A stretch of 32,115 nucleotides of DNA from Candidatus Aenigmarchaeota archaeon ex4484_52 (GCA_002254415.1 NJDR01000001.1:1-32115); one strand, 5' to 3'; positions 17,494-25,064 are shown, numbered from the stretch's first letter. The notes: generated from the letters alone by a model not told the origin. A program made the numbers and translations.

Positions 17494-18000
17494 ATGGGGC
17501 ATCCAAGAAAATTAAAAAATCATTATTCATCTGTCAGGCGTCCATTAGATATTGAAAGAATTGAAAGAGAAAAAAAATTAAAAGAAGAATACGGAATTAA
17601 AACAAAACACGAATTAAGAAAAATAGAATTTATATGGAGGAATTTAAGACAAAGAGCAAGAAAACTTATTGCTGAAAAAGACCCAGAAGAAACAAAAATA
17701 TTATTTAAAAAAATTGATGATTATTGCTTATGCAAGGAAAACATTACTTTTGAAAATATTCTTGCATTAAAATTAACAGATATTCTTGACAGGAGATTAC
17801 AGAGTATTGTTTTAAAACTCGGGTTTGCAAAAACACAACTTCATTCAAGGCAGCTTATTGTGCATAAAAAAATAAAAATAAATGATATTATTATTTTCAG
17901 TCCCAATTATATTGTAAAAAAACAAGAGGAAAACCATATCATCTTAATTCAAAAACCAGAAAAAGAAAACCAAAAAGAAAAAAAAGACGATAAAAAATAA
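17494..18000 (+). CDS. rps4: 30S ribosomal protein uS4 (S4P/S9e)
   Basis: N-terminus GHPRKLKNHY..RRPLD..RIEREKKLKEEYGIKTKHELRK and an S4 RNA-binding domain (RRLQSIVLKLGFAKT..SRQLIVHKKIKIN). Confidence 0.9.
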   Translation: MGHPRKLKNHYSSVRRPLDIERIEREKKLKEEYGIKTKHELRKIEFIWRNLRQRARKLIAEKDPEETKILFKKIDDYCLCKENITFENILALKLTDILDRRLQSIVLKLGFAKTQLHSRQLIVHKKIKINDIIIFSPNYIVKKQEENHIILIQKPEKENQKEKKDDKK

Positions 18001-18009
18001 CTAATAAAA

Positions 18010-18408
18010 ATGAGTCAAAAAATTGATCAAAAAACAGGCATTGTTTATTTATATAGCAGTGATAATAATACCATTATTCATATTACTGATATTACAGGTG
18101 CAGAAACTATTTGCCGATGTAGTGCAGGAATGGTAACAGATAAGAGTCGCCTGAAGGGAACTCAATACCCTGCTATGAAAGTTGCAAAAATTGTTGCGAA
18201 AACAGCGATTGAAAGAGGAATAAAAAATGTATATTTAAAAATAAGGGCTCCGGGCGGGATAAAATCAAAGATTCCGGGAAAAGGCGCACAGCCCGCAATT
18301 AGGACATTAATTCAAGAAGGTATGAAAATAATCAAAATTGAAGATAATACTCCTATTGATTATGACAGCAATCGCAAAAAAGGCGGCAGGAGAGGAAGAA
18401 GAGTTTAA
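18010..18408 (+). CDS. rps11: 30S ribosomal protein uS11
   Basis: GIVYLYSSDNNTIIHITDITG, VKIRAPGG, GAQPAIRTL and a C-terminal GGRRGRRV. Confidence 0.93.
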   Translation: MSQKIDQKTGIVYLYSSDNNTIIHITDITGAETICRCSAGMVTDKSRLKGTQYPAMKVAKIVAKTAIERGIKNVYLKIRAPGGIKSKIPGKGAQPAIRTLIQEGMKIIKIEDNTPIDYDSNRKKGGRRGRRV

Positions 18409-18447
18409 AAAATAAAATATGTTTTAAACCCATATTATTTCTTTTCT

Positions 18448-18702
18448 TCATATTTTTTGTGTGGATATCACAAAACACTTTTTTATCCAACTATATTCTT
18501 TTCTGTTTTCTTTTTCTCCTAATTTTTCCCAACAATTTAAATAAATTTCAACGATAGTTTCATTTAACAGGTATTTTTGAGATGTAGTGATTATTGTCTT
18601 TTTATTTGTCTCAAAATTATATTTGTTTTTAAAATTCGTTTCTTGCATAACAAATTTGCTGTTATTATAAAATTCCTTTATTGTATAAGTATAAACCAGC
18701 AC
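18448..18702 (-). CDS. hypothetical protein (weak)
   Basis: 84-aa ORF starting with GTG, with no recognisable motif. It occupies the position where rpoD would follow uS11 in the canonical archaeal cluster. Confidence 0.25.
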   Translation of the reverse strand: MLVYTYTIKEFYNNSKFVMQETNFKNKYNFETNKKTIITTSQKYLLNETIVEIYLNCWEKLGEKENRKEYSWIKKCFVISTQKI

Positions 18703-18735
18703 TTAAAAAAGTACGGGTTATTTTAATCTTATTTT

Positions 18736-19737
18736 ATGGACAAAATAACAAAAAGAATACCAAATTCAAAAGAAATACTTGACAAGGCATTTAGTCGCGC
18801 AAAAAAAAAACAAATAACCTACAAAAAAAAACAAATCACAATTGAATTTATAAAAAAGAAAAATCTTGAAAAAATACAAATTGCCTCTGTTGTGATTAAC
18901 AATGAATGCGAAAAAATTCTTCAAAATTTTCCAAAAATAAATCAAATCAATGCATTTGAAAAAGGACTAATTGATATTCTGGCAAATGCAGACAAATTGA
19001 AAAAAGCACTTTACAGGGTTTGTTTTGCACAAAAATTAAATAAAAAATTATATTTTCAGGCAAAAGAAAAAATACAAAATGCGAGAAATAAAAAAGATAT
19101 TGATTTTGCAAGAAAAGCATATTATGGAAGAATTTCTTCTGCAATAAATAAATTAAACAAAGTGTTTTTATATATTGAGGAGTCAAGAAATATCATAAAT
19201 AAACTGCCTGAAATTAAGCAAAGATTTACACTTGTTATTTGCGGTTTTCCAAATACAGGAAAATCAACACTAATGTCTATTTTGAGTGGTTCAAAACCAA
19301 AAATTATGTCTTATGCATTTACAACACAAAAACTTCTTTTTGGGACAATTGATGACAAAATACAGATTATTGACACGCCCGGGATTTTAGATAATATAGA
19401 CAGCAAAAACAAATGCATTCAGCAATCAAAACTTGCAATTACAACAATTGCAGATTTAATTTTTTTTATTTTTGATTTTTCAAAAAACTGCCAATATTCA
19501 ATTACTGATCAGTTGAAATTAAAAAAATCAATTGAAAAAATAATTTCAAAAAGCAAGAAAATTGTTGTTTGCATAAATAAAATTGATTTGATTAAATTAA
19601 CAAATGAGAAAAAAAGCAAAATAATGCATTTGATAAAAAACAGAAAATTTTATATTTCTGCAAAAAAAAATATCAATATTGACAAATTAAGAAAATTCCT
19701 GGCAAAAAAGATGGCAGAGACATACAAAATTTTTTAG
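18736..19737 (+). CDS. Nog1/Obg-class ribosome-biogenesis GTPase
   Basis: A helical N-terminal NOG1-like domain is followed by G1 GFPNTGKST, G2 FTT, G3 DTPG and G4 NKID. The N-terminus contains a KKKQIT duplication. Confidence 0.8.
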   Translation: MDKITKRIPNSKEILDKAFSRAKKKQITYKKKQITIEFIKKKNLEKIQIASVVINNECEKILQNFPKINQINAFEKGLIDILANADKLKKALYRVCFAQKLNKKLYFQAKEKIQNARNKKDIDFARKAYYGRISSAINKLNKVFLYIEESRNIINKLPEIKQRFTLVICGFPNTGKSTLMSILSGSKPKIMSYAFTTQKLLFGTIDDKIQIIDTPGILDNIDSKNKCIQQSKLAITTIADLIFFIFDFSKNCQYSITDQLKLKKSIEKIISKSKKIVVCINKIDLIKLTNEKKSKIMHLIKNRKFYISAKKNINIDKLRKFLAKKMAETYKIF

Positions 19738-19748
19738 AAAAAGACGAG

Positions 19749-19832
19749 AAAAAATCCTGTAAATTCAACTGTTAGATAACATTATAACCTGCGTATCTAA
19801 CAGGTTTAATATAAAAAACAACAGGATTTTTT
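19749..19832 (+). terminator. nested double hairpin followed by a T-rich tract, just downstream of the nog1-like stop codon
   Basis: The outer stem AAAAAATCCTGT (19749-19760) pairs with ACAGGATTTTTT (19821-19832). The inner stem CTGTTAGATA (19769-19778) pairs with TATCTAACAG (19794-19803). Both stems are perfect. Confidence 0.4.
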
Positions 19833-19920
19833 ATATATTTTATAAAGTTCCTTACGAGGTTTTATAATTTATAAAATATAAAAAAACAAGTTTAAATAAT
19901 TATCTTATATTAATTTAAAT

Positions 19921-20034
19921 CAGGGTTCTGTTGCAGGAAGCAGAATTGTTAATGAATTACTGATAATTGAAAAATAAGGAAGCAGAATATCAGGAGACAA
20001 TAATCTTGCAGATGAGTTAAAAAAAGAAATTTAG
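19921..20034 (+). pseudogene. 3'-terminal relic of a chorismate-utilising enzyme (PabB/TrpE family)
   Basis: Fragments lie in different frames: GSVAGSRIVNE (cf. GGGIVADS), KEAEYQET (the conserved E.EYQET motif near the PabB/TrpE C-terminus) and NLADELKKEI-stop. Stop codons separate them. Confidence 0.5.
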
Positions 20035-20035
20035 A

Positions 20036-20521
20036 TATAATTGTTTTTAAAAATATTGTTGATATTTCTTTATTGACAAAACAATAAATAAATTTAATAT
20101 AAAATTAATTGTAATCTCCTCGGGTCCGGAATCCCAAAGAGTGTAGGAATTACAATCCACTAATAAAAAATACTCTGGGAAAATTCCGGTTTTTAGGGTA
20201 TGCCTTGGGCATCAGGCAATTGTTGAGGCATTTGACGGAAAAGTGAAAAGGTAGAAAATATTGTTCATGGAAAACAATCTTTAATTTTTCATAACAAAAA
20301 AACAATTTTTCAATATGAATGTCCTCTTTCAGCAGGCAGATATCATTCGCTTTGTGCATTTGATTTGCCAGAGTGCCTGAAAATTACAGTAAAAACAAAA
20401 GAAGGAATTATTATGGCAGTCAGGCATAAAAAATATTTTGTAGAAGGGTCGATTTTATCCTGAGTCAATAATGACGCATGTTAGCGAAAAAATAATTGAG
20501 AATTTAATTGAAATGATTTAG
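20036..20521 (+). pseudogene. frameshifted class-I glutamine amidotransferase (PabA/TrpG-like) pseudogene
   Basis: Pieces lie in at least 4 frames: LIVISSGP / NPKECRNYNPLIKNTLGK / IPVFRVCLGHQAIVEAFDGKVKR-stop / VENIVHGKQSLIFHNKKTIFQYECPLSAGRYHSLCAFDLPECLKITVKTKEGIIMAVRHKKYFVEG / FYPESIMTHVSEKIIENLIEMI-stop. These match the GATase1 motifs SPGPG, GVCLGHQ, HGK, RYHSL and QFHPES. The 5' boundary is uncertain. Confidence 0.8.
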
Positions 20522-20529
20522 TATATAAT

Positions 20530-20628
20530 ATGCCAAATATTTATTTTTGTAATGAGTGCAAAATTTACACAATGGAGTCAAGATGTCCAAGATGCAATAA
20601 AAAGACAAAAAATACTGAAATAAAATAA
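20530..20628 (+). CDS. nop10: Nop10-like zinc ribbon (32 aa, apparently lacking the C-terminal Cbf5-binding half)
   Basis: MPNIYFCNECKIYTMESRCPRCNKKTKNTEIK matches the Nop10 N-domain pattern C-x2-C-x-YT-x4-CP-x-C-x2-KT. The stop codon falls where PP(K/R)FSP normally begins. Confidence 0.5.
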   Translation: MPNIYFCNECKIYTMESRCPRCNKKTKNTEIK

Positions 20629-20675
20629 GTGCAAGAGTTTTATAATTTTTATACAATTAAAAATAAAATATATTT

Positions 20676-21467
20676 ATGAAAATTAAAAAAATAATTGCAA
20701 TTATTGTTGTTGCTCTTTTTTTTGCTGCCATAATATTGTTTTATACGAAAATGAATAAAACGCAAATGAATTTTCATGAAATGAAGGGATATAAAGATGC
20801 TATTTTAGTTGATTTTATGCATATTCCTGATCTTGTTGTTTTAAATGAAAAAGAAGAGCCATATGACTTTATGTTTGATGCAGAAAAATTAACACAAAAA
20901 TTAAATAATGATTTTGAAGATAAATTATTAAAAGAATTTAATTTAAGCAAAGTAAGTTATCACATACATATATTAGATACTCAAACAGGAGCTTACTGGG
21001 ATTTTAAAAATTATATACCTCTTGATCCGATCTATGACATTGATGAAAATGAAAAAAATCTTGTGTGGAGATATGCAAATATAAAATATCCTGACGGAAA
21101 TATAAGTACGGTTTTGGTGCGGGCGGTTTTTGTTGTCGGGGAAGATGAAAACAGGAATAAATTAAAACAAGGAATGATTTGCAATTCTGATTTAGAATGT
21201 GTATCAAGTCATTGCACTAATGGAAGTGGAAGAGGACAAAAATATAAAACATGCCAGGCATCTTATTGTAGTTATAGCCGAGAGGATGATGTAAAAGTTA
21301 AACATTTTTGCGAATGCATAAGTCAAAAAACAAAAACATGTTCTAGTTCTATTACGAAAATATGTTGTGATACCTCTAATGAACCATTACGACTTATTGA
21401 AGGTCAGCCATGTGAATTTAATAGTGATTGCAGAAGCGGTGTTTGCAGACATTTTTTCTGCGATTAG
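20676..21467 (+). CDS. N-terminally anchored surface protein with a Cys-rich C-terminal module
   Basis: Signal anchor MKIKKIIAIIVVALFFAAIILFY. The C-terminal ~95 aa contain 16 Cys, including two C-x5-C-x4-C units (CNSDLECVSSHC and CEFNSDCRSGVC). Confidence 0.55.
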   Translation: MKIKKIIAIIVVALFFAAIILFYTKMNKTQMNFHEMKGYKDAILVDFMHIPDLVVLNEKEEPYDFMFDAEKLTQKLNNDFEDKLLKEFNLSKVSYHIHILDTQTGAYWDFKNYIPLDPIYDIDENEKNLVWRYANIKYPDGNISTVLVRAVFVVGEDENRNKLKQGMICNSDLECVSSHCTNGSGRGQKYKTCQASYCSYSREDDVKVKHFCECISQKTKTCSSSITKICCDTSNEPLRLIEGQPCEFNSDCRSGVCRHFFCD

Positions 21468-21519
21468 AGATAAGTTTATAAATATGATTTAAAATAAGAT
21501 TATTGCATTCATAGAATTT

Positions 21520-22386
21520 ATGGACAACACAATAGAAAAACTAAAAAAAATTACAAATGAATTAAGAGATCAAAGACAAAAATTAAATGACGAAACAAAA
21601 AAATTTCTTGAAAAAAACAAAAAGGACTTTGCCGAGATTAATTTAATTAAATCAAAGATAAGAATAATTCAGGAAAAAAATAACGAATGTGTAAATAAAA
21701 TAAAGGAATTAAAAAAAGATCGCAATGCTCTAAATAGCAGGATTTTGGAACTTAATAAAGAGATTGGAAAAATAAAAGGAGAAAAAACAAATGATATTTA
21801 CAAAAATAACAATTCTGATTCTATTTTGGACTTAAAAAACAAAATTTCTAAATTAGAATGGTTTATTCAAACAAAACCAATTTCATTAAAAAAAGAAGAA
21901 GAACTGCAGGATAAATTAACTCAAATGAAAAAGACATTGGAGATAAAAAAGCAATTTTCAAAAAATATAAGAAAGTCAAAAAGATTAAAAATTAAAAAAA
22001 CAAGAATAAAAAACGAAGCAGATGAGAAGCACAAACAATTAGTGCAATTTTCATTAAAAAGTGACGAATATTTTTCTATTTTGACAAATCTTAAAAAAAA
22101 AAAAAAATTAGAAGAAAAAAAAATAGATATTCTAATCAATGAATTAAATATTTTAAAAAAAAATGCAAATGATATGCATCAAAAATATATTAATGCTGTC
22201 AAAATATTAAAAGAAAAAATGAAAAAAATCAAAATCCAGACACAAAAAGAAACTATTGAAAAAAATCAAGAGCAATCAAAAAAGGTATATGATTTATTTT
22301 TAAAAGGAAAAAAATTATCATTAAGTGATTTAGCACTTATAAAAGACAAGATTGATGAAAGCCCCAAACGCGATTCGAACGCGTGA
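21520..22386 (+). CDS. Lys/Glu-rich archaeal coiled-coil protein (COG1340-like)
   Basis: Continuous heptad-like sequence with a central LEWFIQTKPISLKKEEEL motif, as in the uncharacterised archaeal coiled-coil family. The last 27 nt run antisense through tRNA-Thr. Confidence 0.55.
   Translation: MDNTIEKLKKITNELRDQRQKLNDETKKFLEKNKKDFAEINLIKSKIRIIQEKNNECVNKIKELKKDRNALNSRILELNKEIGKIKGEKTNDIYKNNNSDSILDLKNKISKLEWFIQTKPISLKKEEELQDKLTQMKKTLEIKKQFSKNIRKSKRLKIKKTRIKNEADEKHKQLVQFSLKSDEYFSILTNLKKKKKLEEKKIDILINELNILKKNANDMHQKYINAVKILKEKMKKIKIQTQKETIEKNQEQSKKVYDLFLKGKKLSLSDLALIKDKIDESPKRDSNA
22093..22107 (+). repeat. A15 homopolymer inside the coiled-coil CDS
   Basis: Fifteen consecutive A residues, read in frame as KKKKK. 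Confidence 0.95.
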
Positions 22387-22433
22387 CCTCTGCCTTACCA
22401 CGGCAACGCTCTTGCCAGCTGAGCTATTGGGGC
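22360..22433 (-). tRNA. tRNA-Thr (anticodon GGU)
   Basis: Hand fold of the reverse complement: GCCCCAA-TA-GCTC-AGCTGGCAA-GAGC-G-TTGCC-GT-GGT-AA-GGCAG-AGGTC-ACGCG-TTCGAAT-CGCGT-TTGGGGC-T. Confidence 0.85.
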
Positions 22434-22506
22434 AAAATTATTGAATAATTTTTATTTGTAAATAACTATTAAAACTTTTGGAAATATAGTTTAAAAGTAC
22501 AATACA

Positions 22507-23229
22507 ATGAAAAAAATAAAATATAATTATAAGAAAAAAAAAATAAAACCAATACATTTATTTCCTTCATTATTTACTTATGCAAATGCATTATGTGGTT
22601 TTTATTCAATCGTTTTTTCAATAAAAGGGGATTTTTACAATGCAGGGATTCTAATAATTATTGCAATTTTAATGGATGGCTTTGACGGAAGAAGTGCAAG
22701 ATTTTTTGAAATATCAAATGAATTTGGAAAAGAATTAGATTCTCTTGCTGACTTGGTTTCATTTGGCGTTGCCCCTGCAATTTTGGTTTATTTGTCAAAA
22801 TTATATCTTTTTGGAACAACAGGAATGCTTATTGCTTTTTTATTGATTTTTGGAGGCATAAGCCGCCTTGCAAGATTTAATGTAATAAATACGAGCAGTT
22901 ATTTTTTAGGTCTTCCGATTCCTGTATCTGCTATGCTTGTTTCTTTTATTTTTATTGCAGATATTAATTTTTCTAAATATATATTTTCATATATTGTGAT
23001 AATTTTGTGTATATTAATGATTTCAAATATAAAATATCCTTCATTCAAGCAATTAAAAATCAAAAAACAAAAACAAATAATTGTGATTTTTGCTTTATTT
23101 TTAATTGTTTTTTTTGCAAATGTTTTTTTTGATATTAAAAAATTACTGATATTGCCTCCTGTTTTTTACATATTGTTTGGACCTTTTTTAGAGACGCAAA
23201 AATACAAAAAATATGCCAAAAGTAATTAA
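22507..23229 (+). CDS. pssA: CDP-alcohol phosphatidyltransferase (archaetidylserine synthase-like)
   Basis: The DGFDGRSARFFEISNEFGKELDSLADLVSFGVAP motif fits D-G-x2-A-R-x8-G-x3-D-x3-D. The protein has multiple TM helices. Confidence 0.85.
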   Translation: MKKIKYNYKKKKIKPIHLFPSLFTYANALCGFYSIVFSIKGDFYNAGILIIIAILMDGFDGRSARFFEISNEFGKELDSLADLVSFGVAPAILVYLSKLYLFGTTGMLIAFLLIFGGISRLARFNVINTSSYFLGLPIPVSAMLVSFIFIADINFSKYIFSYIVIILCILMISNIKYPSFKQLKIKKQKQIIVIFALFLIVFFANVFFDIKKLLILPPVFYILFGPFLETQKYKKYAKSN

Positions 23230-23743
23230 TACAATAATTGAAAATATTCTTGTCGAATGTACATTAAAAACAAGATATATCCCTATTTCAACAATTGGTT
23301 TTATGATAGAAAAAAAGCCGTTTGATTTAGATTTGATGAATTATTTAATTCTTTTTGAAAGCCAATACAAAATTATAATTTTCAAAAAAGGAAAAATTAT
23401 AATTTCAGGAATAAAGGCATTTGAAAATGTAAAAGAAATATCAAACAAACTCGTAAAAAATACATTGGAAGATATATGCTGCGATGAAATTCAAAATATT
23501 TCAATAAGACAGACACTTGTAAAATTCATTATTGACAATCCAATTGCAAATATTAATCAAAAAATATCTTTGGATAAAAATTCAAAATATTTGCCAAAAT
23601 TAGATGTCTTTTTATGCAGGGCTAACAATAATAAAAATAATTTATCTTATGTTTTAGCAAACAACTCTAATGAAATTTTTGTTTTTGGAATTAAAAATAA
23701 CAACCAAATAAAAGAATTTAAAGATTTTGTTGAATGTATATAA
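23213..23743 (+). CDS. highly divergent TATA-box-binding-protein-like protein (two TBP-type repeats)
   Basis: Two ~85-aa repeats open with IENILVE and IQNISIR (cf. I.NIVAS). Repeat 1 keeps IIIFKKGKIIISGIK (cf. LIFsSGKiviTGAK). Length is 176 aa. The YEPEQFPGL motifs are not conserved. Confidence 0.55.
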   Translation: MPKVINTIIENILVECTLKTRYIPISTIGFMIEKKPFDLDLMNYLILFESQYKIIIFKKGKIIISGIKAFENVKEISNKLVKNTLEDICCDEIQNISIRQTLVKFIIDNPIANINQKISLDKNSKYLPKLDVFLCRANNNKNNLSYVLANNSNEIFVFGIKNNNQIKEFKDFVECI

Positions 23744-23769
23744 ATTATTTAACAAAAGTTTTTTTTATT

Positions 23770-24051
23770 ATGACATTTGAAGATATTGACAAATTATGCA
23801 AACTGGCAAGAATTGATTTAACAAAAGAAGAAAGACAGAAATTCAGTAAAGAAATCAATGAAGTGATTTTAATGTTTGATGAATTAGATGAAGTAAATAC
23901 AGGTAAAATAGAGCCAAGTTTTGATATATTTGACATTAAAGACAAATACAGGGATGACAAGATAGTTGAATTCACAAGAACAGATTTATTGTTTGAAAAT
24001 ATAAAATACAAAAAAGATAATTATATTATTGGACCAAAAGTCTTTGAATGA
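23770..24051 (+). CDS. gatC: Asp/Glu-tRNA amidotransferase subunit C
   Basis: IDKLCKLARIDLTKEERQKFSKEINEVILMFDELDEVNT fits the GatC pattern. I prefer the ATG at 23770 to the one at 23734. Confidence 0.8.
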   Translation: MTFEDIDKLCKLARIDLTKEERQKFSKEINEVILMFDELDEVNTGKIEPSFDIFDIKDKYRDDKIVEFTRTDLLFENIKYKKDNYIIGPKVFE

Positions 24052-24120
24052 ATTTCTAATATTTGATTGACAAAATAATCAATAATTATTTAAAAAAATC
24101 TATTTTTATGTATATAAATT

Positions 24121-24312
24121 ATGTTGAGAGCATGCACAATTTGCAAAATACTGACAGATAAAAAGAAATGTCCAGTGTGTAAAAATGAAGATTTAACAGA
24201 AGAATGGAGCGGTATTATAGGTTGTATTAATCCTAAAAAAAGCAAAATTGCACAAAATATGAAAATTGAAATACCGGGCTTATATGCACAGCATTGCATT
24301 TCCTATGATTAA
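24121..24312 (+). CDS. spt4: transcription elongation factor Spt4 (RpoE'')
   Basis: ACTICKILTDKKKCPVCKNEDLTEEWSGIIGCINPKKSKIAQNMKIEIPGLYA matches the Spt4 zinc ribbon plus NGN-binding segment. Confidence 0.85.
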   Translation: MLRACTICKILTDKKKCPVCKNEDLTEEWSGIIGCINPKKSKIAQNMKIEIPGLYAQHCISYD

Positions 24313-24336
24313 TTTAATGAGTGTTTAATATATCTT

Positions 24337-24621
24337 ATGGAATTGATAAAAATAAAAGAAAAAAACAATCCCTTGCTAAACAGAGTAGAAATTGTTTTTG
24401 AAATAAATTCAAATGGACCAACTCCAAAAAAACAAGAGGTTGTAGATAAAATAGCAGATTTTGAAAAAAAAACAAAAGAGAATATTTTTGTTGTAAAAAT
24501 AAAACAGGAATTTGGAAAAACAACCAGCATAGCCCACGCATATATTTATGATTCAAAAGAAAAAGTATTGAAACGCAAAAAAAAGGATAAGAAAAAAGAA
24601 AAGGAAAAAGCCAAAAAATAA
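24337..24621 (+). CDS. rps24e: 30S ribosomal protein eS24
   Basis: NPLLNRVEIVFEI...GPTPKKQEVVDKIA...FGKTTSIAHAYIYDS. Confidence 0.9.
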   Translation: MELIKIKEKNNPLLNRVEIVFEINSNGPTPKKQEVVDKIADFEKKTKENIFVVKIKQEFGKTTSIAHAYIYDSKEKVLKRKKKDKKKEKEKAKK

Positions 24622-24638
24622 TTCTCATAACTTAATTT

Positions 24639-24980
24639 ATGACCATAGAACAAATTTTAGAAAAATTTCCAAAACAGGAATTATTTGGTCTAAAAGTAAA
24701 AATAACAAATTCAACAAATAAATCACAAATTGGAAAATCAGGGATTATAATTAATGAGACAAAAAAAATGTTAAAAATTAGACAGAATGACAATAAAGAA
24801 ATTTTAATAGAAAAAAAGTCCAGTATTTTTGATTTTTGTGTTGAAAAAGAGAGATTGTCTGCTTATTTACCACTTGCAAAATTTGATATTGAGAATAATT
24901 TAAAAAAAAAAATGCATTTAATTATTGATGGAAAATTACTTGTTGGAAGAAGTGAAGAGAGAATAAAGAAAAAGATATAA
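24639..24980 (+). CDS. rnp1: RNase P protein component 1 (Rpp29/Pop4)
   Basis: LFGLKVKITNSTNKSQIGKSGIIINETKKMLKI ... IDGKLLVGRSEERIKK matches the archaeal Rpp29 Sm-like core. Confidence 0.75.
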   Translation: MTIEQILEKFPKQELFGLKVKITNSTNKSQIGKSGIIINETKKMLKIRQNDNKEILIEKKSSIFDFCVEKERLSAYLPLAKFDIENNLKKKMHLIIDGKLLVGRSEERIKKKI

Positions 24981-24983
24981 TTT

Positions 24984-25064
24984 GTCGAGATCGCATAGTG
25001 GTAGTGCGCCAGTCTGGAAAGCTGGTGGGTTTTGCCCTCGGGGGTTCGAATCCCTCTCTCGACG
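24984..25064 (+). tRNA. tRNA-Ser (anticodon GGA), class II
   Basis: Hand fold: GTCGAGA-TC-GCAT-AGTGGTA-GTGC-G-CCAGT-CT-GGA-AA-GCTGG-[variable arm TGGGTTTTGCCCTC]-GGGGG-TTCGAAT-CCCTC-TCTCGAC-G. Confidence 0.85.

Noticed and set aside
20150-20359. 69-aa minus-strand ORF
   Set aside because: It lies antisense to the GATase (PabA/TrpG-like) pseudogene, whose plus-strand motifs explain this region.
24090-24628. Minus-strand ORFs 24090-24299, 24309-24530 and 24335-24628
   Set aside because: They are antisense shadows of spt4 and rps24e.
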